Shown piece by piece: positions 1-10,570 of a stretch of DNA of 64,000 bases. The translations under genes were made by a program, and so were the position numbers. This DNA is from Eledone cirrhosa. Lineage: Eukaryota. Each line of letters opens with the position of its first letter. The stretch's first letter is position 1. The notes below the pieces were generated by a model, which was not told the DNA's origin, made no database searches, and worked only from the letters and a program-made list of their open reading frames with translations. The DNA is taken from assembly GCA_964016885.1 (NCBI GenBank), contig OZ024748.1, positions 1,860,001-1,924,000 on the forward strand. The letters run 5' to 3'.

Positions 1-16
1 CAATATGGATGTACAC

Positions 17-352
17 ATGGCTGAGTGGTTAAGAAGTTCACTTTGCATTGTGAGGATGAGGAAAATATATATATAAAGAATGGTGTGATCATGTGAAGAG
101 ATGCTATAAAATAGCTTATGAAATAGTGAAGACCCTTAAAGACAGAAAAAGAAGTTGCCATTCCCCATTATAAGGAATCAAACCCCATATCTCCCAGATA
201 CCGGCTAGGTGCTTTATATGTTGTCATCATTAATTTTATGTTTTCTTTTCCATGCTTACCACTTGTATTCTTTTGTCTTTTTCTCTCTGGGTTTGAGACA
301 TTTTCCTAAAGGTACTTTGCAATGATGTGATTCCAGGTTTGATCCCAGTGCA
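17..352 (+). mobile_element. Old tRNA-derived SINE head split by a ~266-bp insertion
   Basis: A-box tggctgagtggttaag at ~18-33 and B-box-like ggtttgatccc at ~336-346. Joining 17-47 to 322-352 reconstitutes the SINE head seen at 33391-33440. actttgca is duplicated at 40-47 and 314-321. Confidence 0.45.
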
Positions 353-997
353 AAGTGAACTTGCTAACCACACAGCACCTTTTTCACATATTAAGTTTAC
401 TGTGGAGATAATCTCATTATTTAAATATAAAATAACTCAGCCTTCATAACGATAATTAAACAATCAGATATTGGAAATATATCTATTATTTAGGGTGAAA
501 TAAATTGTGTACATCACATGAAGCTGAGATTTATGATACCAGACACTGTGCTTAATAATTATTTGGTTCTGAATTAATTTTTTAATGATTATTGATTGTT
601 ATTTAATGTTTAAAGGATTTGAATTCAGAATGCAAAGAGTTGAAGCAAATAATGCAAGGTATCTCATGTGCTCTAATTATTTTATCAATTCCCTGCTCTG
701 GACTGTTATCTAATTTTATCATACAGTTGACTTCAACTTAGAGCACATAGGACTTGAATAAATACAAGAAATTTTAATCTATGCTGTAACAACTCTGCTA
801 ATTCACTGCCTGTTAATAATCTTGTTATTGGAGTGTCATATGTATACAAGCTTTTAATTTTAGGTAAATGCTTATAGATACTTCTTTTATAACATGATAT
901 TGCAGGGATATATTTTTTTCTATGTCCAGGCCAAGCCACTATCGACAAGTTTCATAGGTTTGTTATCACTACTCAATTACACTGACTTGTCCTTGAT

Positions 998-1471
998 TAG
1001 TGGTTCCTAAACTTATTTAATAACTTGCCCAAAAATGCAGAACCCACATTTACATTTTACAATCCCCAACATTCTAATTTTAATAAGACATAAAATAAAA
1101 ATGTTTTAAAAAGAGAATTTAGTCATATAAAAGATAAAAAAAACAAACATCTAATACAATTTTATTAAATTTCATTAGTTCTTAACAACTTTTAATGATT
1201 TAGTAGAAAATATTTAAAAGCAGGTTTGTTAATTCAAATGTTTATAGCATCTTTATTAGTGGACAGATTGTGCACAAATTTGCAGTAAAATAAAGTATAC
1301 ACTTCAATTTTTAATGTGATGCACCATAATGCTGATTTGTACTTTTCAAAAGTCTTGCTAATGCATTGTTTTGTTAAGAATTAAAACACACCGTATCTTT
1401 CAAAAACCCTTAGATTTTGTTTTTGCTGAGCCCCAGAATATTTTCAAGAGAATTCACTTTGAGGAACACTG
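998..1471. mobile_element. Non-autonomous hAT (Charlie-like) DNA transposon / MITE
   Basis: Termini tagtggttcctaaactt ... cactttgaggaacactg resemble CAGTGGTTCCCAA-type TIRs. Flanks tccttgat / ccctagat match at 6 of 8 positions and resemble the nTCTAGAn target. The internal segment recurs at 2081-2257 and 54186-54265. Confidence 0.55.
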
Positions 1472-2080
1472 CCCTAGATATGGTGTCTGTAAAATGGAAG
1501 TCTTCAGTAATGACTCAGCATACCAATAGGTTATGTGACTCATTATAATCATCTAACTTCCTTTCTAGAACAACAGGCAACAAACTAAGAGTGAGAGAAG
1601 TAGTTGTAGTTATGATTGGTTTCATTCTGCAGTATATCTGTTCAGTCTTCCTTGAAGCTATTTTTCCTCCTAGTCAGAGACCCCCCCCCCCCGGAAAAAA
1701 ACTACTACTGTAAAACGTCTCGTATTATTGATTCAATATTCTCTTAATTACTATTTTATCAATTCACGTTATGATAAAACAGAAATTAACATTAGATTAC
1801 TCCCGCAATAAATAATAAAGTACTATTACTTCATGACTTCAAAATACTCTTTATTATTATTAATCGTGTTGTTACATGATTACCTTCAGGTGAAGTACAG
1901 CTATTTATTTATTCCTTTACTAGCTTTAATCATTGAACTGCGACCATTCTGAGGCATTGCCTTCCAATGTTTTAGTCGGTCATACTAACCACAATAGTTA
2001 TTTCTATTTGTACTTAATTTGTACTTAATGAACATTCTGTGTTCATCAAAAGGTTTTATAATTAACATCCTGTAACGATG

Positions 2081-2257
2081 TAGCAGAAAATATTTTAAAA
2101 ACACGTTTGTTAATTCAAATGTTTATAGTATCTTTATTAGTGGACAGATCATTCTGAAAACTTGTGGTAAAGTAAAGACTCTAACACTTAAATTTTGAAT
2201 GTGATGCAGCCATAACACTATTTATTACTTGTCAAGTATGTCTTGCTAATGCGGTTT
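2081..2257 (+). repeat. Diverged second copy of the internal segment 1201-1370
   Basis: Shared blocks gtttgttaattcaaatgtttatag(c/t)atctttattagtggacagat, aatgtgatgca and gtcttgctaatgc. Confidence 0.75.
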
Positions 2258-2536
2258 GAGGTGGTACAGGATATTAAGAGTTAATTACTGTTTCTGATAC
2301 ACAGGAACTCAACTCAACATACTAACTTACTCTAGCCAGGATCTTTTTGTATTTATTTTGTAGTTATTAAGATTATAAAAATAATAAAATTTCAATCACA
2401 TATACATAATTCTCTCTTGGGAGTGAATAGTCCTGTTTGTAGTTTATTGTGGATATTGTTCTCGTTGTTGTCGCTGTCTTTAATATTATACTATAACTTT
2501 GCTTGTATATGATAGTGCACATACTTAAATATGGAA

Positions 2537-2745
2537 TGTTACGCGATGGGGTCCCCCCACAGCCCCGGCAGACAGAATGGAGAAGGCGTTTCCCCGGGGG
2601 ACAGCAAGGGAGACGCGCTGGAAAAGCCACCCCAGCTCGCGGGGTTCACACCTGTGGCTGGCCAGCTTAGCGCCTTTGGTGGTGAGTAGGGAGGTAGCCC
2701 TAGGGCCGAGGACACAGTGATGCCCAGAAAACAGCCAATGATATA
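2537..2745. other. GC/CpG-rich island of unknown origin (LTR-like start TGTTACG, or promoter-like)
   Basis: Abrupt GC-rich block with several CpGs and a CCAAT (gccaatg) in otherwise AT-rich DNA. No matching second terminus or TSD was found. Confidence 0.3.
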
Positions 2746-3034
2746 GGGATTGTATGTCTGTTTGGCTGCATTTTCTTTCTACAATCTGTCCTCATTATGT
2801 GTGCTCTGGTTTTGAATTATATATATAAGATCGATTTGTTTGTCATGTCTGTATATGTGATAAACAAATAGAAAATTTCTTTTTTATCTTCTAGACACAT
2901 TTACACACATACACATATTTGCACACATACACATACACACTTTTGCACATATACACATACACACAAACATTTACACACTCTGTGTGCACCATCCTGGAGC
3001 AAAGAATTTGTCTTGTATCGTTTTATATATATAT

Positions 3035-3280
3035 GTATTAGAAAGTGAGGTTTTTTTACAAAATGAAAAATAACCGAGGTGTCCTACACGAGTGGAAGTA
3101 TAAAGAAAAAAAGATGAAATCGAAAATGCAACTGGAGTTTTATTTTAAAAAAAACATATATATTTATTTGGTTCCTTTACCGGTTTCGCAGTTCTTCTGC
3201 TTTTCAAAAGTAAAGGAACCAAATAAATATATATGTTTTTTTTAAAAATAAGACTCCAGTTGCATTTTCGATTTCATCTT

Positions 3281-3287
<7 letters not shown>
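3035..3287 (-). mobile_element. Fold-back Penelope-pLTR-like element with hammerhead in the loop
   Basis: Near-perfect inverted arms 3104-3180 / 3210-3287, unpaired tail 3035-3103, flanked by (TA)n and (CT)n(TA)n. Confidence 0.7.
3175..3210 (-). ncRNA. Minimal type I hammerhead ribozyme, U3-A8 core variant
   Basis: Minus strand: ctt UUGAAAA gcag-aagaa-ctgc GAAA ccgg UA aag. Perfect 4-bp stem II, palindromic stem III ACCGGU, GUA triplet. Confidence 0.65.
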
Positions 3288-3352
<65 letters not shown>

Positions 3353-3918
3353 CATACATACACACATGCTTGTGTGTGTGTGTGTATATATATGTGTGTG
3401 TGTATATATATATATATGTGTGTGTGTGTGTTTATATATGTATTGCTTTCTATTAATGGCTAGTGAATCCTCTCCTCGTAACCATTCCTTTTCTTACCCC
3501 CACTCTGCAATTCTTTTAACGTATATTTAAATTAAAAGCACCATTTCATAGATATAACTTTTGTTTTCAATCTTCATTGCTGCTGCTCCTGCTTTATAGT
3601 TAGTGTAGGTGTTTCCCCAGCTTCTACATTGCTGCTGGGTTATATTTAGATTGTATTGGGGGAGGGGGTGGGGGTGATTCCCCATTTATTTTATTAAAAC
3701 TGTCTTCACATGTTCACATGCTTTTTTTTATAAATATATTTTGTCCAAGTTTTTTTTTGTGTTTTTTTTTGTTTTTTTTTTGTATATGAAAAATATTTAA
3801 TTTTGGTTAGAGTACTTTCATTGGAGAAATGTAGATACTTTAATAGATTTCAGGATATATTTGTGGTTTCCTGTACATTTGTGTATGTCTGTATATATTT
3901 ATACACACATACACACTA

Positions 3919-3960
<42 letters not shown>

Positions 3961-4017
3961 CTTATACACATACACACGCATACAAACATATATATATATA
4001 TGCACTTAAACATATTT

Positions 4018-4072
<55 letters not shown>

Positions 4073-4800
4073 CATTATCCTATTGAGTCAAAGAATTGAG
4101 CATGTGAAACTAACAGGTTTTCCAGTTCATTGGCTCCTTAACATATGCAGACGACAAAAACCTCCTGATCTTCGACCATAAGTGGGTTCTAGTGTTTCTA
4201 ATCATAATATATACATTTGTTAAGGCCGCTCTGCTCTTTTCTATGTTTACCTTTTCGCATTTAGAATCAAAGATTTAGAATCAAAGAAACCAACATTGCA
4301 ATGTAATTATTCTGAAACTCGTTCTGCATACAGAACTAACATGTCTACTTTGACTAGCGGGGCGTACATAGAATTTATTGCTTGTTAAGAAATCTCTTGT
4401 TGCTGTATTAATAATATTTATTTCAGCCGTGAGTATTATCTTTATTTTTTTCCTTATTTTATCTCAATGCACTGATTATAAATTCAGTTTTGTATTTGTA
4501 TATATATTGTGTAAACAGGGCAGTCTCTAAGCTTTGCATAAACTTTCTGAACTTTCTTTCTTTTTTTTTTTTTTTTTGAGAATCTTCACACTTTTTATTA
4601 TTGTTAATTATGTATGTAATTACATACATGTATTTCACATTCTCTCTCTCTCATTCTCTCTTTCTCCCCCTACCACACACACATGGCTGACTATATACAC
4701 ACGTGCTTTCCTCTCATAAAAAAAAGTTATCTTTATTTTCTGTTTCATCCTCTTCTAACTCTCGTCTATCTTTCTATTTCTTCTTCTATCTCTCATTCCA

Positions 4801-4836
4801 TCTTCTGATGATGGACTAACATCCGAAATGTTAAGA
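4801..4836 (+). ncRNA. Decayed minimal hammerhead in a pLTR-like repeat (~4740-4935)
   Basis: tctt CTGATGA t ggac-taac-atcc GAAA tg TT aaga. Both defects are explained by CpG decay (cgtcc>catcc, aacgtt>aatgtt). Confidence 0.55.
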
Positions 4837-4942
4837 CTCTTTTCTTACTATATCAAGCGTTAAACTAATATATATCTCCATTGTACTGTACTGTTCCCCT
4901 ATATTGTTTTTCCTTGTTGACATTTTGAATATATAAAAAAAA

Positions 4943-5270
4943 AGGTATGTGGCTTAATGGTTAGAATGGTCAGTTCTCGATCATAAAGACATGAGTTCGA
5001 TTCCTGGACTGGATGGCACATTGTTGTCCCCAAGCAAAACGCTTTATTTCATATTGCTCCAATCCACTTATCAGGCAAGAATGAGTTGTACCTGTAAATC
5101 AGAGGACCAGCCTTTTCACACATTGTATCACACAGAATCTCTCTGAGAACTACATTAAGGGTGCACTGTGGAATGCTCAGCCACTTACACGTTAATTTCA
5201 CAAACGGGCAGTTCTCCTAATTGAATCACCTGGAGCACTTGGTAGAAGCAATGGAGGTCCAAAAATGACA
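4943..5270 (+). mobile_element. tRNA-derived CORE-type SINE (older copy)
   Basis: A-box tggcttaatggttag, B-box gagttcgattcc, CORE-like gtccccaagcaaaacgctttatttcatattgctcca. Homologous to 5887-6030. Confidence 0.75.
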
Positions 5271-5666
5271 ATATATATATATGTGTATATTTACGGCTGA
5301 GAACATCCTCAGGCGATTTTAAATTACGGCTGTATGAAGGAAACTGGATAGCATAGAGCTTTCCTCATCTTTACCAGGATCTATATTGGAAAACCTCAAT
5401 ATAACCCCCCCCCCCCACTGTTTAATATAAAAATGGCTTCTATAAGACTAGAACTGCATCATTCAAAAGAAATCATTGTTGTTGGATATATTGTTTCAGC
5501 AGGGAAAATGTGTATTTTGGAGGTCATTCGTATGGAATTGTAGAAGTGCCATCAATTAGACATATCTATTAATATTTTGCTCTCTGAAATGATCGTAAAA
5601 CAATGGATAATTAATTACTTTTTTATTCTTTCATTGTTTTACATTATATATATACATATATATTAT

Positions 5667-5861
5667 ATAGGAAAAAGTATGACCCCCGACGGCAGAGCTC
5701 AAGCCGTTTCGACGTCTATTTCTTGGTCCAGAAATAGCCGTCGAAACGGCTTGAGCTCTGCCGTCGGGGTCATACTTTTTCCTATTTCCCACTCTACTAC
5801 TCTAAGTATTGAGTACTCTGGTGCGTAATGGTCCATCTGTTTCCTTACCACATTTCCTTTG
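5667..5861 (+). mobile_element. Fold-back hammerhead-bearing element, family B (3' half of ribozyme)
   Basis: Inverted arms 5667-5723 / 5730-5785, then a ~76-nt tail. The right arm has GAAA cggc-ttgagctct-gccg TC gggg. Homologous to 46015-46147 and 9662-9952. TA tracts on both sides. Confidence 0.8.
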
Positions 5862-5886
5862 TATATATATGTGTGTGTGTGTGTGA

Positions 5887-6150
5887 AGGCGCATGGTTTA
5901 GTGGTTAGAGCATTGAGCTTGCAATCGAAAGGTTGTGAGTTCAATTCTCGGACCGGGTGATGTGTTTTTTCCTTGAGCAAGACACTTTATTTCACATTGC
6001 TCCAGTTTACTCAGCTGTAGAAATGAGTACCAGCCTGCCCGCCCAGCCAGTGGGATGGCATTATCTTATGGCTAAAACAGCACGACGTGCTGTGACCAGC
6101 GGCGCGGATTGGCGCCCGACAGACTGGTCGGTCAAGGTGATCAAGGTGAT
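5887..6150 (+). mobile_element. tRNA-derived CORE-type SINE, young copy
   Basis: A-box tggtttagtggttag, B-box gagttcaattc, ccttgagcaagacactttatttcacattgctccag core; ends in (caaggtgat)2 before (AT)n. Confidence 0.85.
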
Positions 6151-6774
6151 ATATATATATATATAATGTGTGTGCGTATATATATAATGTGTGTGTGTAT
6201 ATATATATATATATGGATATATATATTGTATCTCTCTCTATATATATATAGATATATTGTATGTATATGCATATATATATATTGTATATAAGTATATATA
6301 TTGTGTACATATATATATATATATAGGTAGATATGTTGTATATGAGAGAGAGAGAGCGAGAGATAATATAAACATGAAGTTTTTCATCTCTGCTTTTTCA
6401 TTTTTCTTTACCATCTTAGTAATGCAGATGATGAGGGGTAGACAGTCTGTCAGCATCTTTAGAGGTTGGAAGAATCAGCTTAGGAAGTGTATTTCCTAGA
6501 GAAGTGAATTTACAGAAAGAAAGAGAGATGTATGGGAGATGTTGAAAGAGGAAACTCTTTGAAAATGTAATTGTGAAGTGGTAGGATGCTGTGAAATGAC
6601 TGGTGATGGTGATGGTGGAAGTGTAGCAGAAGACTATTTGTCATATATATATATAATGTGTGTGTGTGTGCATGCATGTATGTATATGTGTATAGATATT
6701 TATATGTATGTATATATGTGTAACTTCGCATTACATGCACTGGATATATATATATATATATATATATGTGTATA

Positions 6775-6971
6775 GTCTTTTATTCTGAGGCCATTCTGGG
6801 GCACCACCATTGTCACTACAATTTCTGTAACCAGCCTTCCTTAGTTGGCCATTGATGTAATTGGGAGTTTGTCATTGCTGCCTTTATTTAAATTAATCGT
6901 GCTGTGGGTTTGTCTGGCGTCTCGGTTAGCAGAATTTTGAGTTGCTTCTTGAAAGTATCTACTTCCACACC
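6775..6971 (-). mobile_element. 3' fragment of a CR1/Jockey-group LINE
   Basis: Minus translation GVEVDTFKKQLKILLTETPDKP...*IKAAMTNSQLHQ resembles the FKxxLD..L..PDxP..AAxxNS C-terminus of CR1-type ORF2. Confidence 0.5.
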
Positions 6972-7557
6972 ATATATATGTATGTATGTATGTATATGGT
7001 ATTGTTGGCCATAGGCAAGTCCCTTGCAAGACTAAAATCCACGCTCATGCTTAAGTATCAACCAATGGCATCACTCGAAATCAAGTTGCAGCCATCATCA
7101 TCATGTATATATATACACATATGTATAAATATATATACATATGTGTATATATATATATGTTTATGTATATATATATAATATATATATATATATGTTGCTA
7201 CTCATATACATATTTGCTTCAACACACATGGATCTATTTGTACACACATGCTCACACATAACCACACTTGTGTACACACACATACAAACATGCACATGCA
7301 TACACGCACACAGACTTAGAGACACACTTATGCTTATGATCCTTCACTCAGGGATACACCTCCACATTCAACCATACAGATGTTCATTCACAAAGACACA
7401 GACGTATATACTTACATGCAATTATTAATATACAAACAGAAACACATCATCCATTCGGATATGCTTTCATGCAGGCATAACTCATAAGTATATCTACGTA
7501 AGCATTTAGATATGCATACATACATACGCCCCCAAATGAGTCTGCATAAAGAAAGCA

Positions 7558-7602
<45 letters not shown>

Positions 7603-7629
7603 TTATATATATATATATATTTATATATA

Positions 7630-7675
7630 TATCATCATTTAACATGGAAAATGGATGTTAAACAATGATGATGAT
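7630..7675. mobile_element. Micro fold-back of the RTE/SINE 3' tail
   Basis: atcatcat-ttaacat...atgttaa-acaatgatgatgat: the tail motif (catggaaaa.ggacgttaaac-(GAT)n) with an inverted copy, inside an (AT)n tract. Confidence 0.5.
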
Positions 7676-7916
7676 CATGTATGTAAATATATATATATAT
7701 AAATATATAACACACACGTGTGTGTGTGTGTATCTGTATATATAAATGAATGTGTGTGTGTACATATATATATATGTGTGTGTTTATATATCTATATATA
7801 AATGCATGTGTATATATATATATGTATGTGTGTGTGTGTGTGTATATCTGTATATATAAATGCATATATATCACCGTTATATAAATGCATATGTAAATGC
7901 ATTATATTGCATATAT

Positions 7917-8291
7917 ATCACCGTTTTATGTCCGTTTTTCCATGCTAGCATGGGTTAGACGGTTTGTCCTGTTGGGGGCAGTGTCAGGTCGGCTGACCTT
8001 GTCTTGCTCATAGAGGAACTGATTCTGGCTCGATTTCTACAGCTGGATGCCCTTCCTAACACCAACCTCATTTACAGTGAGTGCTAACTGCTTTTTTTCC
8101 GTGACACCTCTTTTGCATTGGAATGATAGGGACCCCAGTCCCTATCATCTCATTTCTACAGCTGAGTAAACTGGAGCAATGTGAAATAAAGTGTCTTGCT
8201 CAAGGAAACAACACATCACCCGGTCTGAGAATTGAACTCACAACCTTTCGATTGCACGGCCAATGCTCTAACCACTAAGCCATGTGCCTCC
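7917..8291 (-). mobile_element. Full-length tRNA-CORE SINE with RTE-derived 3' end
   Basis: Head at 8291 matches the 5887 SINE. Contains ggttggtgttaggaagggcatccagctgtagaaa and the ccatgctagcatgg tail shared with the RTE 3' UTR at 43206-43557. Confidence 0.85.
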
Positions 8292-8347
8292 AGCAGGTGT
8301 GTGGGTATATGTATATATGTGTTGTGTACATATGTGTGTGTGAGTTT

Positions 8348-8435
<88 letters not shown>

Positions 8436-8436
8436 C

Positions 8437-8678
8437 TTCCAGCTGTAGAAAACCTGCCAGACAGTCCACGCTGTAATGTGGCCGTGTAGGCAACACAGTA
8501 AAAACCTCCCAGCCCCACACTGTAAATGTGGTTGGTGTTAGGAAGGGCATCCAACTGTAGAAAACCCGCCAGACAGTCCTATGCGAGCAAGACAACCACT
8601 CTTGCCTCAAGTGGGAAAACTCCCGTCCAAACCCATGCAAGCATGGAACACGGACGTTAAACGATGATGATGATGATG
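8437..8678 (+). mobile_element. RTE LINE 3' UTR fragment with (GAT)n tail
   Basis: Nearly identical to 24881-25128 and to the reverse complement of 43206-43430. Confidence 0.9.
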
Positions 8679-9436
8679 CATAAATTCTATAAAATGCACA
8701 CAAGAGATGTAGTGGGATAGCAGGCAAGCTAACAGGTAGGGAGAAATACGTATGCAGTAGATGTACAGGGAAATTAGACAGTAGAAGTCGCATTGATAGA
8801 CACATTTTTCAAATGCAGGCGGGTGCTATAGAAGTGGTTGATAGCTTCAGTACCTAGGAGATCAGATTAGCATGGGAGGGGGGTGTTCTGAGGCCATAGT
8901 ATCTAGAATAAGGACGGGTTGGGAAGAAGTTTAGGGAGCTGCTTCCTCTGCTGACGAAGAAGGGTTTCTCCCTGCATATGAAAGGCCGGTTATATGATGC
9001 CTGTGTGAGGAGCACGATGCTGCATGGTAGTGAGACATGGGCAGCAACTGCAGAGGATATGCGACGGCTGGAGAGAAATGAGGCAAGCATGCTCCGTTGG
9101 ATGTGCAATGTCAATGTGTGTGAACGACCCAGCATGAATGTGTTGAGGGATAGAATGTAGTGTGAGAGAGAGGAGACTGAGGTGGTATGGACATGTGATG
9201 CGCATGGAGGATGACCGATGGGTGAAGAAGTGCCAGGACATGCCAGTTGAAGGAAAATGTGGTAGAGGTAGACCACGAAAAAAATGGGCGGAGGTGGTGA
9301 GAACAGACCTCAGATCGCTGAAGCTCATGGTGGAGATGACGAAGGACCGTGACAAGTGGAGAGATGCTGTGCTGAATAAGACCCGTCCCACCCTTGCAGG
9401 CAGGGAAGAGCAGACGTAAAATAATGATGATGATGA
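8678..9436 (+). mobile_element. Decayed RTE LINE 3' fragment (second subfamily, short 3' UTR)
   Basis: Translates to HKRCSGIAGKLT..CSRC, MKGRLYDACVRSTMLHGSETW and RRLRWYGHVMRM..GRGRPRKKW, with frameshifts and deletions; (GAT)n tail. Confidence 0.9.
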
Positions 9437-9661
9437 TTATATATATATATATATAACAAATTAAGAGCACAGAAATAAGTTCTTAAATCATTTAACTCTT
9501 ACAATTGTTTCAATACAAATTATTCTTCAAACACAGAACTAGGTGTGTGAGTGTGTGTGTCTGTATGCATATGTGTATATATGTGTGTGTGTGTCTATAT
9601 ATGTGTGTGTATATATATATATTTATTGTATCTATATGTGTATGTGTATGTATACGTAGAT

Positions 9662-9952
9662 ATAGAACCAGTTTGAAACTGGTTGGACCATTACTTAAGA
9701 GAGTACTTGATACTTGGGGTAGTAGCATATGACTATATTATAAAGTGTCATGACCCTACGGCTGAGCTCTTGCCATACAACAGGTAGTTCCAGACTTGTT
9801 TGCCGAAAGGCTTCACATAAAATTTACCCTTATATGGACAAACCATATCCTCATTGACACAGCCAGTAAACCACGAAACCCTTCAGCAAACAGTCTGGAA
9901 GTAGCTGTTGAAATGGCAAGAGCTCAGTCTTTGGATCCCGATTCTTGGTAAT
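9662..9952 (-). mobile_element. Diverged family-B fold-back element
   Basis: 9675-9756 aligns to the reverse complement of the family-B tail (ggaccat..gagtact..gggtagtag..atgaccc). Imperfect inverted arms ~9737-9814 / 9875-9952. The plus arm has TTGAC..acagc/gctgtt GAAA tggc-aagagctca-gtc. Confidence 0.7.
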
Positions 9953-10001
9953 TTATATATATATATACCTAAATATATATGTATATATATGTATATGTGT
10001 G

Positions 10002-10032
<31 letters not shown>

Positions 10033-10234
10033 CTGCATACACACATACTAAACCTGAGATGTACACCTGCATATGAGCAAGCACATTCATCTACATGTAT
10101 ATTTACTTAGTTATTTATATAGAAACTGACATGGCGCTAATTGCAATCAGGCATGCAAACAAATACACCTTGCAAAATTGCAGCAAGCATTACAAGATGG
10201 TAAACATTATTCTCTTTGTGTACATGTGTTATTG

Positions 10235-10570
10235 TTGTTGTTTAGCCATAGGTTTGTCCTGATAAGCAGACCTATCATTGAATGCAATCAAGCTGTGACC
10301 ATGCTGAATCACCTGTTTTTGTTATTATTGTTGTTGTTTAGCCATAGGTATGTCCTGATCAAACAACCTATGATAAAAAACAATCAAGCTGTGACTATGC
10401 CGAATCACCTGTTTTTGTTGTTGTTTAGCCCCAGGCTGGCTCAGATCAATAAAGCATATAAGAAAATGTGTTCCAGATGTGATCATCTAATTTTTTTATT
10501 TTAGACATCCCTAACATAATATATCCTTTATTTAAGATGGCAGGAATGAGCTTTGAGAGAGATTTGGCTA
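10235..10570 (+). repeat. Interspersed repeat end with local tandem triplication (ttgtttagcc...gaatcacctgttttt)
   Basis: Three units start near 10238, 10334 and 10421. A related reverse-orientation copy lies at ~16205-16395. Confidence 0.6.

Noticed and set aside
5887-5960. tRNA gene
   Set aside because: The tRNA-like head runs into a SINE core and is repeated elsewhere; no acceptor stem.
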